Origin: Cereibacter sphaeroides 2.4.1
GTDB taxonomy: Bacteria; Pseudomonadota; Alphaproteobacteria; Rhodobacterales; Rhodobacteraceae
Assembly (NCBI RefSeq): GCF_000012905.2
Contig: NC_007493.2
Location: 1,050,001-1,082,000, forward strand
Length of the DNA: 32,000 bases
Direction: 5' to 3'
Below the pieces are notes generated by a model that saw nothing but the letters and a program-made list of their open reading frames with translations, was not told the DNA's origin and did no database searches. Both the position numbers and the translations under genes were made by a program. Positions 1 to 8,795 of the stretch are shown piece by piece. How positions within the stretch are numbered: position 1 is the first letter of the stretch; each line of letters begins with the position of its first letter.

Positions 1-1
1 C

Positions 2-472
2 ATGGTGGCCGAGATCATCGGCAACATGCTGGCGCAGGTGCGGCTCGACATCGACGAGAAGCTGTCGGCGATGAAGCAGAGCGCGTCGGCCAGCATGATC
101 GTCGCGGGCCAGCGCCGGGGCGGCGAGATGCGGATGTTCCTCATCTACCCCGAGGGCAACTTCATCGAGGCGACCGAGGACACGCCCTTCCTGCAGATCG
201 GCGAGCACAAATACGGCAAGCCGATCCTCGACCGGGTGGTGAAGCCCGAGACCTCGCTGGCCGACGCGCAGAAGGCCGTGCTCCTGTCGATGGATTCGAC
301 CCTGCGCTCGAACCTGTCGGTGGGAATGCCGCTCGACCTTGCGGTGATCGAGCGGGACGGCTGCTGCATCGCCTCGCGCCGCCGGATCGAGGCGGGAGAC
401 GAGAATTTCCGCGCCATGTCCGAGGCCTGGTCGCGCGCGCTGCGCGAGGGTTTCTCGCAGATCAGGATCTGA
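2..472 (+). CDS. Proteasome-type (Anbu / ancestral beta-subunit-like) peptidase, C-terminal 156 aa; the 5' end lies outside the window
   Basis: The ORF is open to the left edge. Motifs FLQIGEHKYGKPILDR and LLSMDSTLRSNLSVGMPLD match what I recall of bacterial proteasome-like COG3484 proteins. The stop is TGA at 470-472. Confidence 0.65.
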   Translation: MVAEIIGNMLAQVRLDIDEKLSAMKQSASASMIVAGQRRGGEMRMFLIYPEGNFIEATEDTPFLQIGEHKYGKPILDRVVKPETSLADAQKAVLLSMDSTLRSNLSVGMPLDLAVIERDGCCIASRRRIEAGDENFRAMSEAWSRALREGFSQIRI

Positions 473-1415
473 CGGCGTCCGGGTCCGCGCTCGCCCGGAA
501 CAGCGCCGCGGCGGCGTCGAAGAAGGCGTCGCGCACCTCGGGGCGGTCCATCATCACCTCGTGCTCGGCCCCGGGCACGATCTGCAGTTCGCCCCGGCCC
601 CAGCCCTCCATCCGGCGCTGGATCTCCTCGAGATCGACCACCTTCTCGGCCGAGCCCACGATGCAGAGCGCGGGCAGATCCGGCGCGGGCAGCCGCTTCA
701 GCCGCGCCGTCTCCTCGAAGGCCGCGCGCAGCCAGTCGAGGCTCGGGCCGGCAAGACCCAGTTCCGGCGCCTGCACCAGCTGCTCCTGCATCCAGGCGAA
801 CATCTCCGGGTCGCGGGTGAGGACGTTCGTGTCGAAGGCGGCGGTGGCGACATAGCTGCGCGTGCCGGTGCCGGGGACATAGCGGTGCCCGAGCCCCGTC
901 GCGCGGGCGAGCGCCCCGAGTGCCGCCGCTACGATCCGCAGCGCGGCATGGACGCGGATGCCCCACATCGGCGCCGAGAAGCAGGCGGCGCGCACGGGCA
1001 GCCCCTCGTGCAGCGCGCGGAGCCCGATGCAGCCGCCCATGGAATGGGCCAGAAGATGGAAGGGCTCGGGCAGCCCCTGCGCGCGCAGCGCCGCGACGAA
1101 GGCCGTCACATCCTGCTGATAGGAGGCGAAATCGTCGACATGGCCCACGAGCGGATCGCGGAGCGACCGGTCCGACAGCCCCTGTCCGCGCCAGTCGAGG
1201 GTGGCTGAGGCAAAGCCGCGCCGGCGCAGCGCCTCGGCCGCGGGGCCGTATTTCTCGGCATATTCGGTGCGGCCCGAGAAGATGAGGACGGTTCCCGCCG
1301 CCCCCTCGGGCCAGACCACGGTGCGCAGCCGCACACCGTCGCCGGTGCGGATCCAGTCCGCATGCGCTCTGGCCGGTCCGCGGGCGAGGGCGGCGTGAAA
1401 AGGTGCGCCGCTCAA
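462..1415 (-). CDS. Alpha/beta hydrolase (lysophospholipase-like)
   Basis: Nucleophile elbow LLAHSMGG and the N-terminal segment VLIFSGRTEYAEKYGPAAEALRRRGFASATLDWRGQGLS support the call. The tracked ORF 462..1757 is trimmed because its upstream part overlaps the SCP2 gene in another frame. There is no in-frame ATG near the start of the domain. I propose the TTG at 1415-1413, which overlaps the SCP2 stop (TTGA), so the start is uncertain. The 3' end overlaps the convergent peptidase gene by 11 nt. Confidence 0.75.
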   Translation of the reverse strand: MSGAPFHAALARGPARAHADWIRTGDGVRLRTVVWPEGAAGTVLIFSGRTEYAEKYGPAAEALRRRGFASATLDWRGQGLSDRSLRDPLVGHVDDFASYQQDVTAFVAALRAQGLPEPFHLLAHSMGGCIGLRALHEGLPVRAACFSAPMWGIRVHAALRIVAAALGALARATGLGHRYVPGTGTRSYVATAAFDTNVLTRDPEMFAWMQEQLVQAPELGLAGPSLDWLRAAFEETARLKRLPAPDLPALCIVGSAEKVVDLEEIQRRMEGWGRGELQIVPGAEHEVMMDRPEVRDAFFDAAAALFRASADPDAVRS

Positions 1416-1696
1416 CTCAGCGCTGCGCCCACCTTCATCGCCATCGGGATCGAGCCCTCGACGGCGAGGCGGCCGGACATGAAGGCCATCGTGGGATTGA
1501 GGTCGCCCTCGAGGATCTGCCGGAACACGTCGGCCGAGGCGGTCATCGTGACGTCGGCCTCGCCATCGCCCTCGCGCACGCCCTGTTCGTCCATCATGAT
1601 CACGCCCTCGTCGGCAATGACGAACTTCGCGCTGCCATCGAAAGTCGCAACCTTCCGGCTCAGGGCCTCCACCGCGGCGTCGATCACCTTGCTCAT
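1412..1696 (-). CDS. SCP2 sterol-binding domain protein (94 aa)
   Basis: ATG at 1696. The sequence DVTMTASADVFRQILEGDLNPTMAFMSGRLAVEGSIPMAMKV is typical of SCP2 domains. This is the only credible part of the 1238-aa ORF 1412..5128. Confidence 0.8.
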   Translation of the reverse strand: MSKVIDAAVEALSRKVATFDGSAKFVIADEGVIMMDEQGVREGDGEADVTMTASADVFRQILEGDLNPTMAFMSGRLAVEGSIPMAMKVGAALS

Positions 1697-1771
1697 TCCC
1701 GGCTGTCTCCAATCCCGTTTTCTTGACGTTCCGCCACTGGCGTTTGCGCCGTGGCACGTTACATTCGGACT

Positions 1772-2344
1772 ATGAAAGCGCGGCGACCGTTTCACAACGC
1801 TATCGTGGGGGCAATCGTGCCGATTGTCCTCGGTCTCGCACCGGTGGGCGCGCAGACGGCCGGCGGCCCCGGCGGCATGGACGAGCTCTTCGCGCGCCTG
1901 AAGGAAGCCGATGCGGCCGCGGCGCGGCGGATCGAGCGGCAGATCTTCACCGAATGGTCGAAATCCGGCTCTGCCTCGGCCGATCTCCTGCTCGAGAGGG
2001 GGCGCAAGGCGCTGGCCGCGGGCGACACCCGGACGGCCATCGACCATCTGACGGCGCTCATCGATCACGCGCCCGATTTCGCCGAAGGCTGGAACGCGCG
2101 GGCCACGGCCTATTTTCAAGCGGGCATGTTCGGCCCCTCGATGGCCGACATCGCCCATGTGCTGACGCTCAACCCGCGCCATTTCGGCGCTCTCGCCGGC
2201 CTCGGCACCATGCTGGAGCAGATGGACCGGCCCAAGCCGGCACTCGAGGCCTATCGGGCCGCGCTCGCTATACATCCGCACCTCGACGGGGTAGAGCAGG
2301 CGGTGGAACGGCTGGAAGCGAAGGCTGCCGGTCAGGAACTCTAA
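1772..2344 (+). CDS. Secreted/periplasmic tetratricopeptide-repeat protein
   Basis: The N-terminus looks like a signal peptide (KARRPFHNAIVGAIVPIVLGLAPVGAQT). TPR-like repeats include AIDHLTALIDHAPDFAEGWNARATAYFQAG, ADIAHVLTLNPRHFGALAGLGTMLEQ and ALEAYRAALAIHPH. I prefer the ATG at 1772 over the one at 1751. Confidence 0.7.
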   Translation: MKARRPFHNAIVGAIVPIVLGLAPVGAQTAGGPGGMDELFARLKEADAAAARRIERQIFTEWSKSGSASADLLLERGRKALAAGDTRTAIDHLTALIDHAPDFAEGWNARATAYFQAGMFGPSMADIAHVLTLNPRHFGALAGLGTMLEQMDRPKPALEAYRAALAIHPHLDGVEQAVERLEAKAAGQEL

Positions 2345-2353
2345 GGCAGGCCC

Positions 2354-5221
2354 ATGCGCGCGACCGCGAGGGTGACGGCGGTTCTCGGGCCGACCAACAC
2401 CGGCAAGACCCACTATGCCATCGAACGGATGCTGGGCCATCGGACGGGCGTGATCGGCCTGCCGCTGCGGCTTCTGGCGCGCGAGGTCTACGACCGGATC
2501 GTGGCGCAGCGCGGCCCCTCGGTCGTGGCGCTCGTGACCGGCGAGGAGCGGATCGTTCCCGAGCGGACGCAATACTGGGTCTGCACCGTCGAGGCCATGC
2601 CGATGGAGATCGGCGCGGATTTCGTGGCGGTGGACGAGATCCAGCTCTGCGGCGACCCCGAGCGCGGCCATGTCTTCACCGACCGGCTGCTGCGGGCGCG
2701 GGGCCTCGTCGAGACCATGTTCCTCGGCTCGGACGTGATGCGGGGCGCCATTGCCGCGCTGGTGCCGCATGTGACCTTCCTGCGGCGCGAGCGCTTCTCG
2801 ACCCTCTCCTATGCGGGATCGAAGAAGATCAGCCGGATGCCCCCGCGCAGCGCCATCGTGGGCTTCTCGGTCGATAACGTCTATGCCATCGCCGAGCTCA
2901 TCCGCCGTCAGAAGGGGGGCTGCGCCGTGGTGATGGGCGCGCTCAGCCCCCGCACGCGGAACGCGCAGGTGGCCCTCTACCAGAACGGCGACGTGGATTA
3001 TCTCGTCGCCACCGATGCGATCGGGATGGGGCTGAACCTCGACATCCGCCATGTGGCCTTTTCCTCGACCGTGAAATTCGACGGCCGGCGGATGCGGCCG
3101 CTGTTCCCGCACGAGCTGGGGCAGATCGCGGGTCGGGCCGGGCGCCACACCGAGGCGGGCACCTTCGGCGTCACCGGCGAGGCGAGCCCGCTCGACGAGG
3201 GCGTGGTCGATGCGATCGAGAACCACCGTTTCGCCCCGATCCAGCGGCTGCACTGGCGCAACGACCGGCTGGAGTTCGGCACGGTCGAGCGGCTGATCGC
3301 CTCGCTCGAGGAGCCCACCTCGAACGAATGGCTCTCGCGGGCGCGGGAGTCGGACGATCTCCATGCGCTGAAGGCGCTGTCCGAGGAGCCCGAGGTGCGT
3401 GCGCGCCTGCACTCGCCGCACGAGGTGCGGCTTCTCTGGGACGTCTGCCGGATTCCCGACTTCCGCAGCATCTCGACCACCGAGCATGTGACTCTCCTTG
3501 CCCGGATTTTCGGCTTCCTGTGCGAAGGAAAGGTGCCGAACGACTGGCTTGCAGGCGCCATCGCCCGGATCGACCGCCCGTCGGGAGATATCGACACGCT
3601 TTCGAAGCGGCTGGCCTATATTCGGACCTGGACCTATGTGGCGCAGAGACGCGGCTGGGTGCAGGACGAAAGTCATTGGCGGGAGGAAACGCGCGCGGTA
3701 GAAGACCGCCTGTCGGATGCGCTCCACGGCGCCCTGACTCAGAGATTTGTCGACCGGCGCACCTCTGTGCTCATGCGCCGGTTGAAACAGAAGGAGAGCC
3801 TTGTGGCTGAGGTCAATGACAAGGGTGAAGTGACGGTGGAGGGCGAATTCGTCGGCCGTCTCGAAGGGTTCCGCTTCCGGCAGGATGCGTCGAACTCGCC
3901 CGACGAGGCACGCACCCTGCGGCAGGCCGCCGTTCAGGCGCTGCGGCCCGAGTTCCACCTCAGGGCGGACCGCTTCTACAATTCGCCCGACACCGAGATG
4001 GATTTCACCGAGCAGGGCGGCCTCATGTGGGGCGAGCAGGCGGTGGGCAAGCTGATCGCCGGCCCAGAGCCGATGCGCCCGCAGGTCGAGGCCTTCGTCG
4101 ACGAGGATGCCGGCCCCGAGGTCGCCGAGAAGGTGCGCCGCAGGCTCCAGCATTTCATCGACCGCAAGGTCGCCGCCCAGTTCGAGCCGCTTCTGGCCAT
4201 GAGCCGCGACGAGACGCTGACGGGCCTTGCCCGCGGCTTCGCCTTCCGGCTGGTGGAAAGCCTCGGGCTGATCCCGCGCGAGCAGGTGGCCGAAGAGGTC
4301 AAGTCGCTCGATCAGGAGGCGCGCTCGGCACTGCGCAAGCATGGCGTGCGCTTCGGGCAGTTCACGATCTTCCTGCCGCTCCTGCTGAAACCCGCGCCGA
4401 CGCGGCTGCGGCTCGTGCTCTGGTCGCTTGCGAACGGCCTGCAGGAGTTTCCCGAAAGCCCGCCGCCCGGCCTCGTCACGATTCCGCACATCGCCGACGT
4501 GCCGAAGATGCACTATACGCTCGCGGGCTATCATCCGGCCGGCCAGCGCGCGATCCGTATCGACATGCTCGAGCGGCTGGCCGATCTCCTGCGCGCCAAG
4601 GACAGCCGCGCGGGCTTCGAGGCCACGCCCGACATGCTCTCGATCACCGGCATGACGCTCGAACAGTTCGCGGGCCTCATGCAGGGCCTGGGTTACCGGG
4701 CCGAGCCCGGCGAGCGGCCGAAGGTGAAGGCCGCTCCGGCCGCCGCTGAGGCCGCTCCCGCCGAGGGCGAGGCGCCCGCAGAGGTGCCGGCCGAGGAGGC
4801 CCCCGCGGCCGAAGCTCCGTCCGCGGACGCCGAGGCAGCCCCGGACGCGCCGGCCGAAGAGCCGGCGGCGGTCGAGGTCGAGAGCTTCTACACCTTCACC
4901 TGGGCGCCGCGCCGTCCGGATCGCGGTCCGCGCCGGCACGACCGGGGGCAGGGCGAGGGGCGCAACCGCGGCCCGCGCGCAACCCCGGGCGACGCCCCGG
5001 CCGAAGGCGCTGCCGCCGAGGCCCGTCCGCCGCGCGGCGACCGGCCCGAGCGTCAGGGCCACGGCCATGGGGGCAAGCCCAAGGGCAAGGGCGGCAAGCC
5101 CGACCGCAAGGGCGCCGACCGCAACCAACCCAAATCCTTCGAATCGCGCCCCGCGCGGAGCGACAGGATCGACCCGGACAATCCGTTCGCCGTCCTCGCC
5201 GCGCTGCGCGACCGGAGCTGA
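2354..5221 (+). CDS. SUV3-like superfamily-2 ATP-dependent (RNA) helicase with a long low-complexity C-terminal tail
   Basis: Walker A GPTNTGKTH, DExx box VAVDEIQL, and helicase-C motifs ATDAIGMGLNLD and QIAGRAGR are present. The tail has an Ala/Pro/Glu-rich acidic stretch, then an Arg/Gly/Lys-rich basic stretch, and ends in DPDNPFAVLAALRDRS. Confidence 0.85.
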   Translation: MRATARVTAVLGPTNTGKTHYAIERMLGHRTGVIGLPLRLLAREVYDRIVAQRGPSVVALVTGEERIVPERTQYWVCTVEAMPMEIGADFVAVDEIQLCGDPERGHVFTDRLLRARGLVETMFLGSDVMRGAIAALVPHVTFLRRERFSTLSYAGSKKISRMPPRSAIVGFSVDNVYAIAELIRRQKGGCAVVMGALSPRTRNAQVALYQNGDVDYLVATDAIGMGLNLDIRHVAFSSTVKFDGRRMRPLFPHELGQIAGRAGRHTEAGTFGVTGEASPLDEGVVDAIENHRFAPIQRLHWRNDRLEFGTVERLIASLEEPTSNEWLSRARESDDLHALKALSEEPEVRARLHSPHEVRLLWDVCRIPDFRSISTTEHVTLLARIFGFLCEGKVPNDWLAGAIARIDRPSGDIDTLSKRLAYIRTWTYVAQRRGWVQDESHWREETRAVEDRLSDALHGALTQRFVDRRTSVLMRRLKQKESLVAEVNDKGEVTVEGEFVGRLEGFRFRQDASNSPDEARTLRQAAVQALRPEFHLRADRFYNSPDTEMDFTEQGGLMWGEQAVGKLIAGPEPMRPQVEAFVDEDAGPEVAEKVRRRLQHFIDRKVAAQFEPLLAMSRDETLTGLARGFAFRLVESLGLIPREQVAEEVKSLDQEARSALRKHGVRFGQFTIFLPLLLKPAPTRLRLVLWSLANGLQEFPESPPPGLVTIPHIADVPKMHYTLAGYHPAGQRAIRIDMLERLADLLRAKDSRAGFEATPDMLSITGMTLEQFAGLMQGLGYRAEPGERPKVKAAPAAAEAAPAEGEAPAEVPAEEAPAAEAPSADAEAAPDAPAEEPAAVEVESFYTFTWAPRRPDRGPRRHDRGQGEGRNRGPRATPGDAPAEGAAAEARPPRGDRPERQGHGHGGKPKGKGGKPDRKGADRNQPKSFESRPARSDRIDPDNPFAVLAALRDRS

Positions 5222-5226
5222 TCCGG

Positions 5227-5523
5227 TTGCCTGCGCCGGAGCGGATCCGGCTCGACAAATGGCTGGTGCAGGCGCGCTTCTTCAAGACGCGCGCCCTCGC
5301 CACGGCCCTCGTCGGAAGCGGCCGGATCCGGCTCAACGGCCAGCATGTCGCCAAATCGGCCCAGGCCGTGGGCGCGGGCGACACGCTGACCTTCCCGCAA
5401 GGGGGGCGCATCCGCGTGATCCGGGTTGTCGCGGTGGGCCTGCGCCGCGGTCCTGCCACCGAAGCCCGCACGCTCTATGACGATCTCGACGCACCCCCTG
5501 CGGCCGCTTCGCCGCTTGAATGA
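5227..5523 (+). CDS. S4-domain RNA-binding protein (Hsp15-like)
   Basis: RLDKWLVQARFFKTRALATALVGSGRIRLNGQHV matches the S4 alpha-L motif. The only available start is TTG at 5227, 5 nt after the helicase stop, so the start codon is uncertain. Confidence 0.75.
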   Translation: MPAPERIRLDKWLVQARFFKTRALATALVGSGRIRLNGQHVAKSAQAVGAGDTLTFPQGGRIRVIRVVAVGLRRGPATEARTLYDDLDAPPAAASPLE

Positions 5524-5577
5524 TCGCCGTCGCTGCTTTAACAGACCCCGCAAAGACAGAAAGCAAGGTTTCCGTCC

Positions 5578-5916
5578 ATGACCTATGTGGTGACCGACAA
5601 CTGCATCGCCTGCAAATACACCGACTGCGTGGAAGTCTGTCCGGTGGACTGCTTCTACGAAGGCGAGAACATGCTGGTCATCCACCCGGACGAATGCATC
5701 GACTGCGGCGTCTGCGAACCGGAATGCCCGGCCGATGCGATCCGCCCCGACACCGAGCCCGACATGGAAAGCTGGGTCGAGCTGAACCGGAAATATGCCG
5801 AGGTCTGGCCGGTTATCGTGACCAAGAAGGACCCGCTGCCCGAGGCGACCGATCTCGACGGCCAGCCCGGCAAGCTCGCCACGCATTTCTCCGAAAAGCC
5901 CGGCGAGGGCGGTTGA
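5578..5916 (+). CDS. fdxA: 7Fe (3Fe-4S plus 4Fe-4S) ferredoxin
   Basis: Cys clusters [14 protein letters not shown] and [12 protein letters not shown], the 112-aa length, and the TYVVTDNC N-terminus are typical of FdxA-type ferredoxins. Confidence 0.9.
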   Translation: MTYVVTDNCIACKYTDCVEVCPVDCFYEGENMLVIHPDECIDCGVCEPECPADAIRPDTEPDMESWVELNRKYAEVWPVIVTKKDPLPEATDLDGQPGKLATHFSEKPGEGG

Positions 5917-6064
5917 AGCCTGCGGCGCTTCGTCCCAGTGGGGCCTGAAACCGCGGTTTTAGCGGCTTGATAACGGTTTTGTGGAAACCCGACCCCCCGC
6001 CGGAGTTGGAATCAGCCGCATTTCGTGGTATGAATGTTTCACAAACAAGCACGGAAGCCTTCAC

Positions 6065-6097
6065 CCACCTCGCAGCTCTCAGCTTGAGGTGGATTTT
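6065..6097 (+). terminator. Intrinsic-terminator-like hairpin inside the fdxA-carD spacer
   Basis: CCACCTC (6065-6071) pairs with GAGGTGG (6086-6092). An inner AGCT/AGCT extension gives about 11-12 bp with one bulge and a 3-nt loop. The hairpin is followed by ATTTTCT. It lies 150 nt after the fdxA stop. Confidence 0.45.
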
Positions 6098-6195
6098 CTA
6101 GCGACCATTCCACCCGCATCGCCCGGACCGGAAGTTCCGGGCGTTGGATTGTCCGTCGCCGGAAGACTGAGCTGCCGCATCGAGGAAGCGACTGG

Positions 6196-6705
6196 ATGAC
6201 CAAGACCAAGAAGCCCGAGTTTCGCCCCAATGAGTTCGTTGTCTACCCGGCGCATGGCGTCGGCCGGATCATCTCGATCGAGGAGCAGGAGATCGCCGGC
6301 ATCCGCCTCGAGCTGTTCGTGATCTCGTTCGAGAAGGACAAGATGACGCTGCGCGTGCCCACTCACAAGGCCACCGAGGTGGGGATGCGCTCGCTCTCCA
6401 CGCCCGATGTGGTGACCAAGGCGCTCGACACGCTCAAGGGCAAGGCGCGGGTCAAGCGCGCCATGTGGTCGCGCCGGGCGCAGGAATATGAACAGAAGAT
6501 CAATTCCGGCGATCTCATGTCGATCGCCGAGGTGGTGCGCGACCTGCACCGGACCGACGACCAGCGCGAGCAGTCCTATTCCGAACGCCAGCTCTACGAG
6601 GCGGCGCTCGAACGGCTGACCCGCGAAGTGGCGGCTGTCTCGGGCGTGGACGAGGCCGGCGCGCAGAAGGCCGTCGACGCGGTCCTCGTCTCCCGCGCGG
6701 CCTGA
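6196..6705 (+). CDS. carD: CarD-family RNA-polymerase-binding transcription regulator
   Basis: The N-terminal RNAP-interaction domain reads FRPNEFVVYPAHGVGRIISIEEQEIAG...FEKDKMTLRVP. The protein is 169 aa. An SD-like GAGGAA sits 8 nt upstream of the ATG. Confidence 0.9.
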   Translation: MTKTKKPEFRPNEFVVYPAHGVGRIISIEEQEIAGIRLELFVISFEKDKMTLRVPTHKATEVGMRSLSTPDVVTKALDTLKGKARVKRAMWSRRAQEYEQKINSGDLMSIAEVVRDLHRTDDQREQSYSERQLYEAALERLTREVAAVSGVDEAGAQKAVDAVLVSRAA

Positions 6706-6727
6706 GGCCCGCATCAGGCGCGAAAAG

Positions 6728-6753
6728 AACCGCGGCCCCGGCCGCGGTTTTTT
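6728..6753 (+). terminator. Rho-independent terminator of carD
   Basis: AACCGCGGC (6728-6736) pairs with GCCGCGGTT (6741-6749) around a 4-nt loop. A run of six T follows (6748-6753). An A-rich stretch upstream could allow bidirectional function. Confidence 0.75.
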
Positions 6754-6821
6754 CATGCCCATCCTCCGGGCTCGCGCCCCCGAAGCGCGCTTTCACTCTG
6801 CCCAAATATCCTGCGGGGGGA

Positions 6822-6847
6822 GGTCTCCGCCCATGGGGGCGGAGACC
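6822..6847 (-). terminator. GC-rich hairpin downstream of cobS (possible terminator, no U-tract)
   Basis: An 11-bp perfect stem GGTCTCCGCCC/GGGCGGAGACC encloses the loop ATGG. It lies 46 nt downstream of the cobS stop and is flanked by G/C runs rather than T runs. Confidence 0.35.
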
Positions 6848-6892
6848 GGGGGGCGCACAGCCCCCCGCTGCGCCGGCCCCTTGCGCGCCCTC

Positions 6893-7642
6893 TCAGACCA
6901 GAGCCGCCGCCGCCACCAGCACCGCGGCCTCCGAAAGCTGCTGCGAGGCGCCGAGGATGTCGCCGGTCTGCCCGCCGATCTTCGCCCGCGCCACCAGCCC
7001 CAGCGCCAGAGCGGCCGCTCCGCCCGCCGCGGCCAGCACGAGCGCCGCCGGGCCCGCAAGGAGCAGCGCCACGCCGGCCCCCACCGCCGCCGCCAGCGCC
7101 GCCTGCCGCCCATCGGGCCGGCCGAGCGACTGGGCGAGCCCCGCGCCGCGCGCATTGGGCAGGAGCGCCATCAGCCCCACCATCGGCACCCGCGACAGCA
7201 CCGCCGCCGCCACGAGAAGGGCCACACCGCCCTCGAGCGCGGCGGCCAGCGCCGACCAGCGCAGAAGACCCACCAGCACCAGCGCCGCGACTCCATAGCT
7301 GCCGGTGCGGCTGTCCTTCATGATCTCGAGCCGCCGCTCGCGGGTCCAGCCGCCCCAGAGCCCGTCCGCCGTATCGGCGAGCCCGTCCTCGTGCATGGCG
7401 CCGGTCGCCAGCGCCTGCACCGCAAGGGCCAGCGCCGCCGCCACGGTTGCAGGCAGGCCCAGAGCGAGCGCCGCCGAGGCGGTCAGTGCCGCAAGGCCGC
7501 CCACCGCCGCCCCGGCCAGCGGCCAGGCCCAGGCGGCCCCGGCGCCCCGGTCGGGCAGGGACTGCCCCGGCAGCGGCAACCGCGTGAGGAGCGCCAGCGC
7601 CAGTTGCACGTCCGCCCACCGCTGCGACAGCCTGTCTTTCAT
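6893..7642 (-). CDS. cobS: Adenosylcobinamide-GDP ribazoletransferase (cobalamin synthase)
   Basis: This is a polytopic membrane protein with LTRLPLP near the N-terminus and the HEDGLADTADG motif. I prefer the ATG at 7642 because GGGAGA lies 6 nt upstream; the alternative is 7660. Confidence 0.85.
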   Translation of the reverse strand: MKDRLSQRWADVQLALALLTRLPLPGQSLPDRGAGAAWAWPLAGAAVGGLAALTASAALALGLPATVAAALALAVQALATGAMHEDGLADTADGLWGGWTRERRLEIMKDSRTGSYGVAALVLVGLLRWSALAAALEGGVALLVAAAVLSRVPMVGLMALLPNARGAGLAQSLGRPDGRQAALAAAVGAGVALLLAGPAALVLAAAGGAAALALGLVARAKIGGQTGDILGASQQLSEAAVLVAAAALV

Positions 7643-7723
7643 CCCGTCTCTCCCGGCCACTGGTCTCCACCGCCGCTTCCCGATACCGAAGCGGGATCAG
7701 CCTAGCAACCGGAAGGACCCACC

Positions 7724-8740
7724 ATGAAGGCTCCGTTCACCTCCCTCGCCGGCTTCCGTGCCGTGTTCGAGACGCTCCCGCAGGTCGATGCGGAGGCGGT
7801 CGAGGCCGCCACCGCGCGGAACGAGACGCTGACGAAGCCGAAAGGGGCGCTGGGTCGCCTCGAGGAGCTCGCGATCTGGTATGCGGGCTGGATCGGCGAC
7901 GGCCGGCCCGCGCTCGAGCGGCCGCAGGTCGCCATCTTCGCGGGCAATCACGGCATCGCCGCGCGGGGCGTCTCGGCCTTTCCGCCCGAGGTGACGGTTC
8001 AGATGGTCGCGAACTACCGCGCGGGCGGGGCTGCGGTGAACCAGCTCTGCCACGTCGCGGGCGCCTCGATGACCGTGACCGAGCTCGAGCTCGACCGGCC
8101 GACGCTCGATTTCACCGTCAGCCCCGCCATGACCGAGGACGAGCTGGTGGCCGCCCTCGCGGCCGGATGGGAGGCGGTGGACGACGAGAGCGACCTTCTC
8201 GTGGTGGGCGAGATGGGCATCGGCAACACGACGGCCGCGGCGGCCATTGCGGCCGCGCTTTTCGGCGGCACGGCGGCGGAATGGACGGGCCGCGGCTCCG
8301 GCGTCGCGGGCTCGGCGCTCGAGGCCAAGACGCGGGTGGTGGCGGAGGGGCTCGAGCGGCATGCGGACGCGCTTTCCGATCCGCTCGAGGTGCTGCGGTG
8401 TCTGGGTGGGCGCGAGATTGCCGCCATGGCGGGCGCCATCGCGCGCGCCCGCGTCGGCCGCACGCCCGTGATCCTCGACGGCTTCATCTGCACCTCGGCG
8501 GCGGCGGTGCTGCATGCGCTGACCCCTTCGGCCCTCGATCACGCCATCGCCGGGCATGTCAGCGCCGAGGGCGCCCATCCGGCGGCGCTGGCGCGGATCG
8601 GCAAGGAGCCGCTCCTCGATCTCGGGATGCGGCTCGGCGAGGGCACCGGCGCCATCGTCGCGATCAACATCCTGCGGAGCGCGGTGGCCTGCCTCTCCGG
8701 CATGGCGACCTTCGCCGAGGCGGGCGTGTCCGGGGGCTGA
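7724..8740 (+). CDS. cobT: Nicotinate-nucleotide--dimethylbenzimidazole phosphoribosyltransferase
   Basis: Motifs [31 protein letters not shown] and [10 protein letters not shown] support the call. An SD-like GGAAGGA lies upstream. The gene is divergent from cobS. Confidence 0.9.
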   Translation: MKAPFTSLAGFRAVFETLPQVDAEAVEAATARNETLTKPKGALGRLEELAIWYAGWIGDGRPALERPQVAIFAGNHGIAARGVSAFPPEVTVQMVANYRAGGAAVNQLCHVAGASMTVTELELDRPTLDFTVSPAMTEDELVAALAAGWEAVDDESDLLVVGEMGIGNTTAAAAIAAALFGGTAAEWTGRGSGVAGSALEAKTRVVAEGLERHADALSDPLEVLRCLGGREIAAMAGAIARARVGRTPVILDGFICTSAAAVLHALTPSALDHAIAGHVSAEGAHPAALARIGKEPLLDLGMRLGEGTGAIVAINILRSAVACLSGMATFAEAGVSGG

Positions 8741-8795
8741 AGCCCGCGAGCCCGGTCCGATCATCCAGCGCCAGGGGAGGGCGCCCGGACGGGTC

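Noticed and set aside
1412-5128. A 1238-aa minus-strand ORF covering the whole helicase locus
   Set aside because: It is antisense to a helicase with clear Walker A, DExx and helicase-C motifs. Its translation is Arg/Gly/Ala/His/Pro-rich low-information sequence, typical of the reverse strand of GC-rich genes. Only its last 94 codons (the SCP2 gene, 1412-1696) are credible.
7643-7723. A cobalamin riboswitch between divergent cobS and cobT
   Set aside because: The spacer is only 81 nt, far shorter than a B12 riboswitch, and I did not see a B12-box-like sequence.
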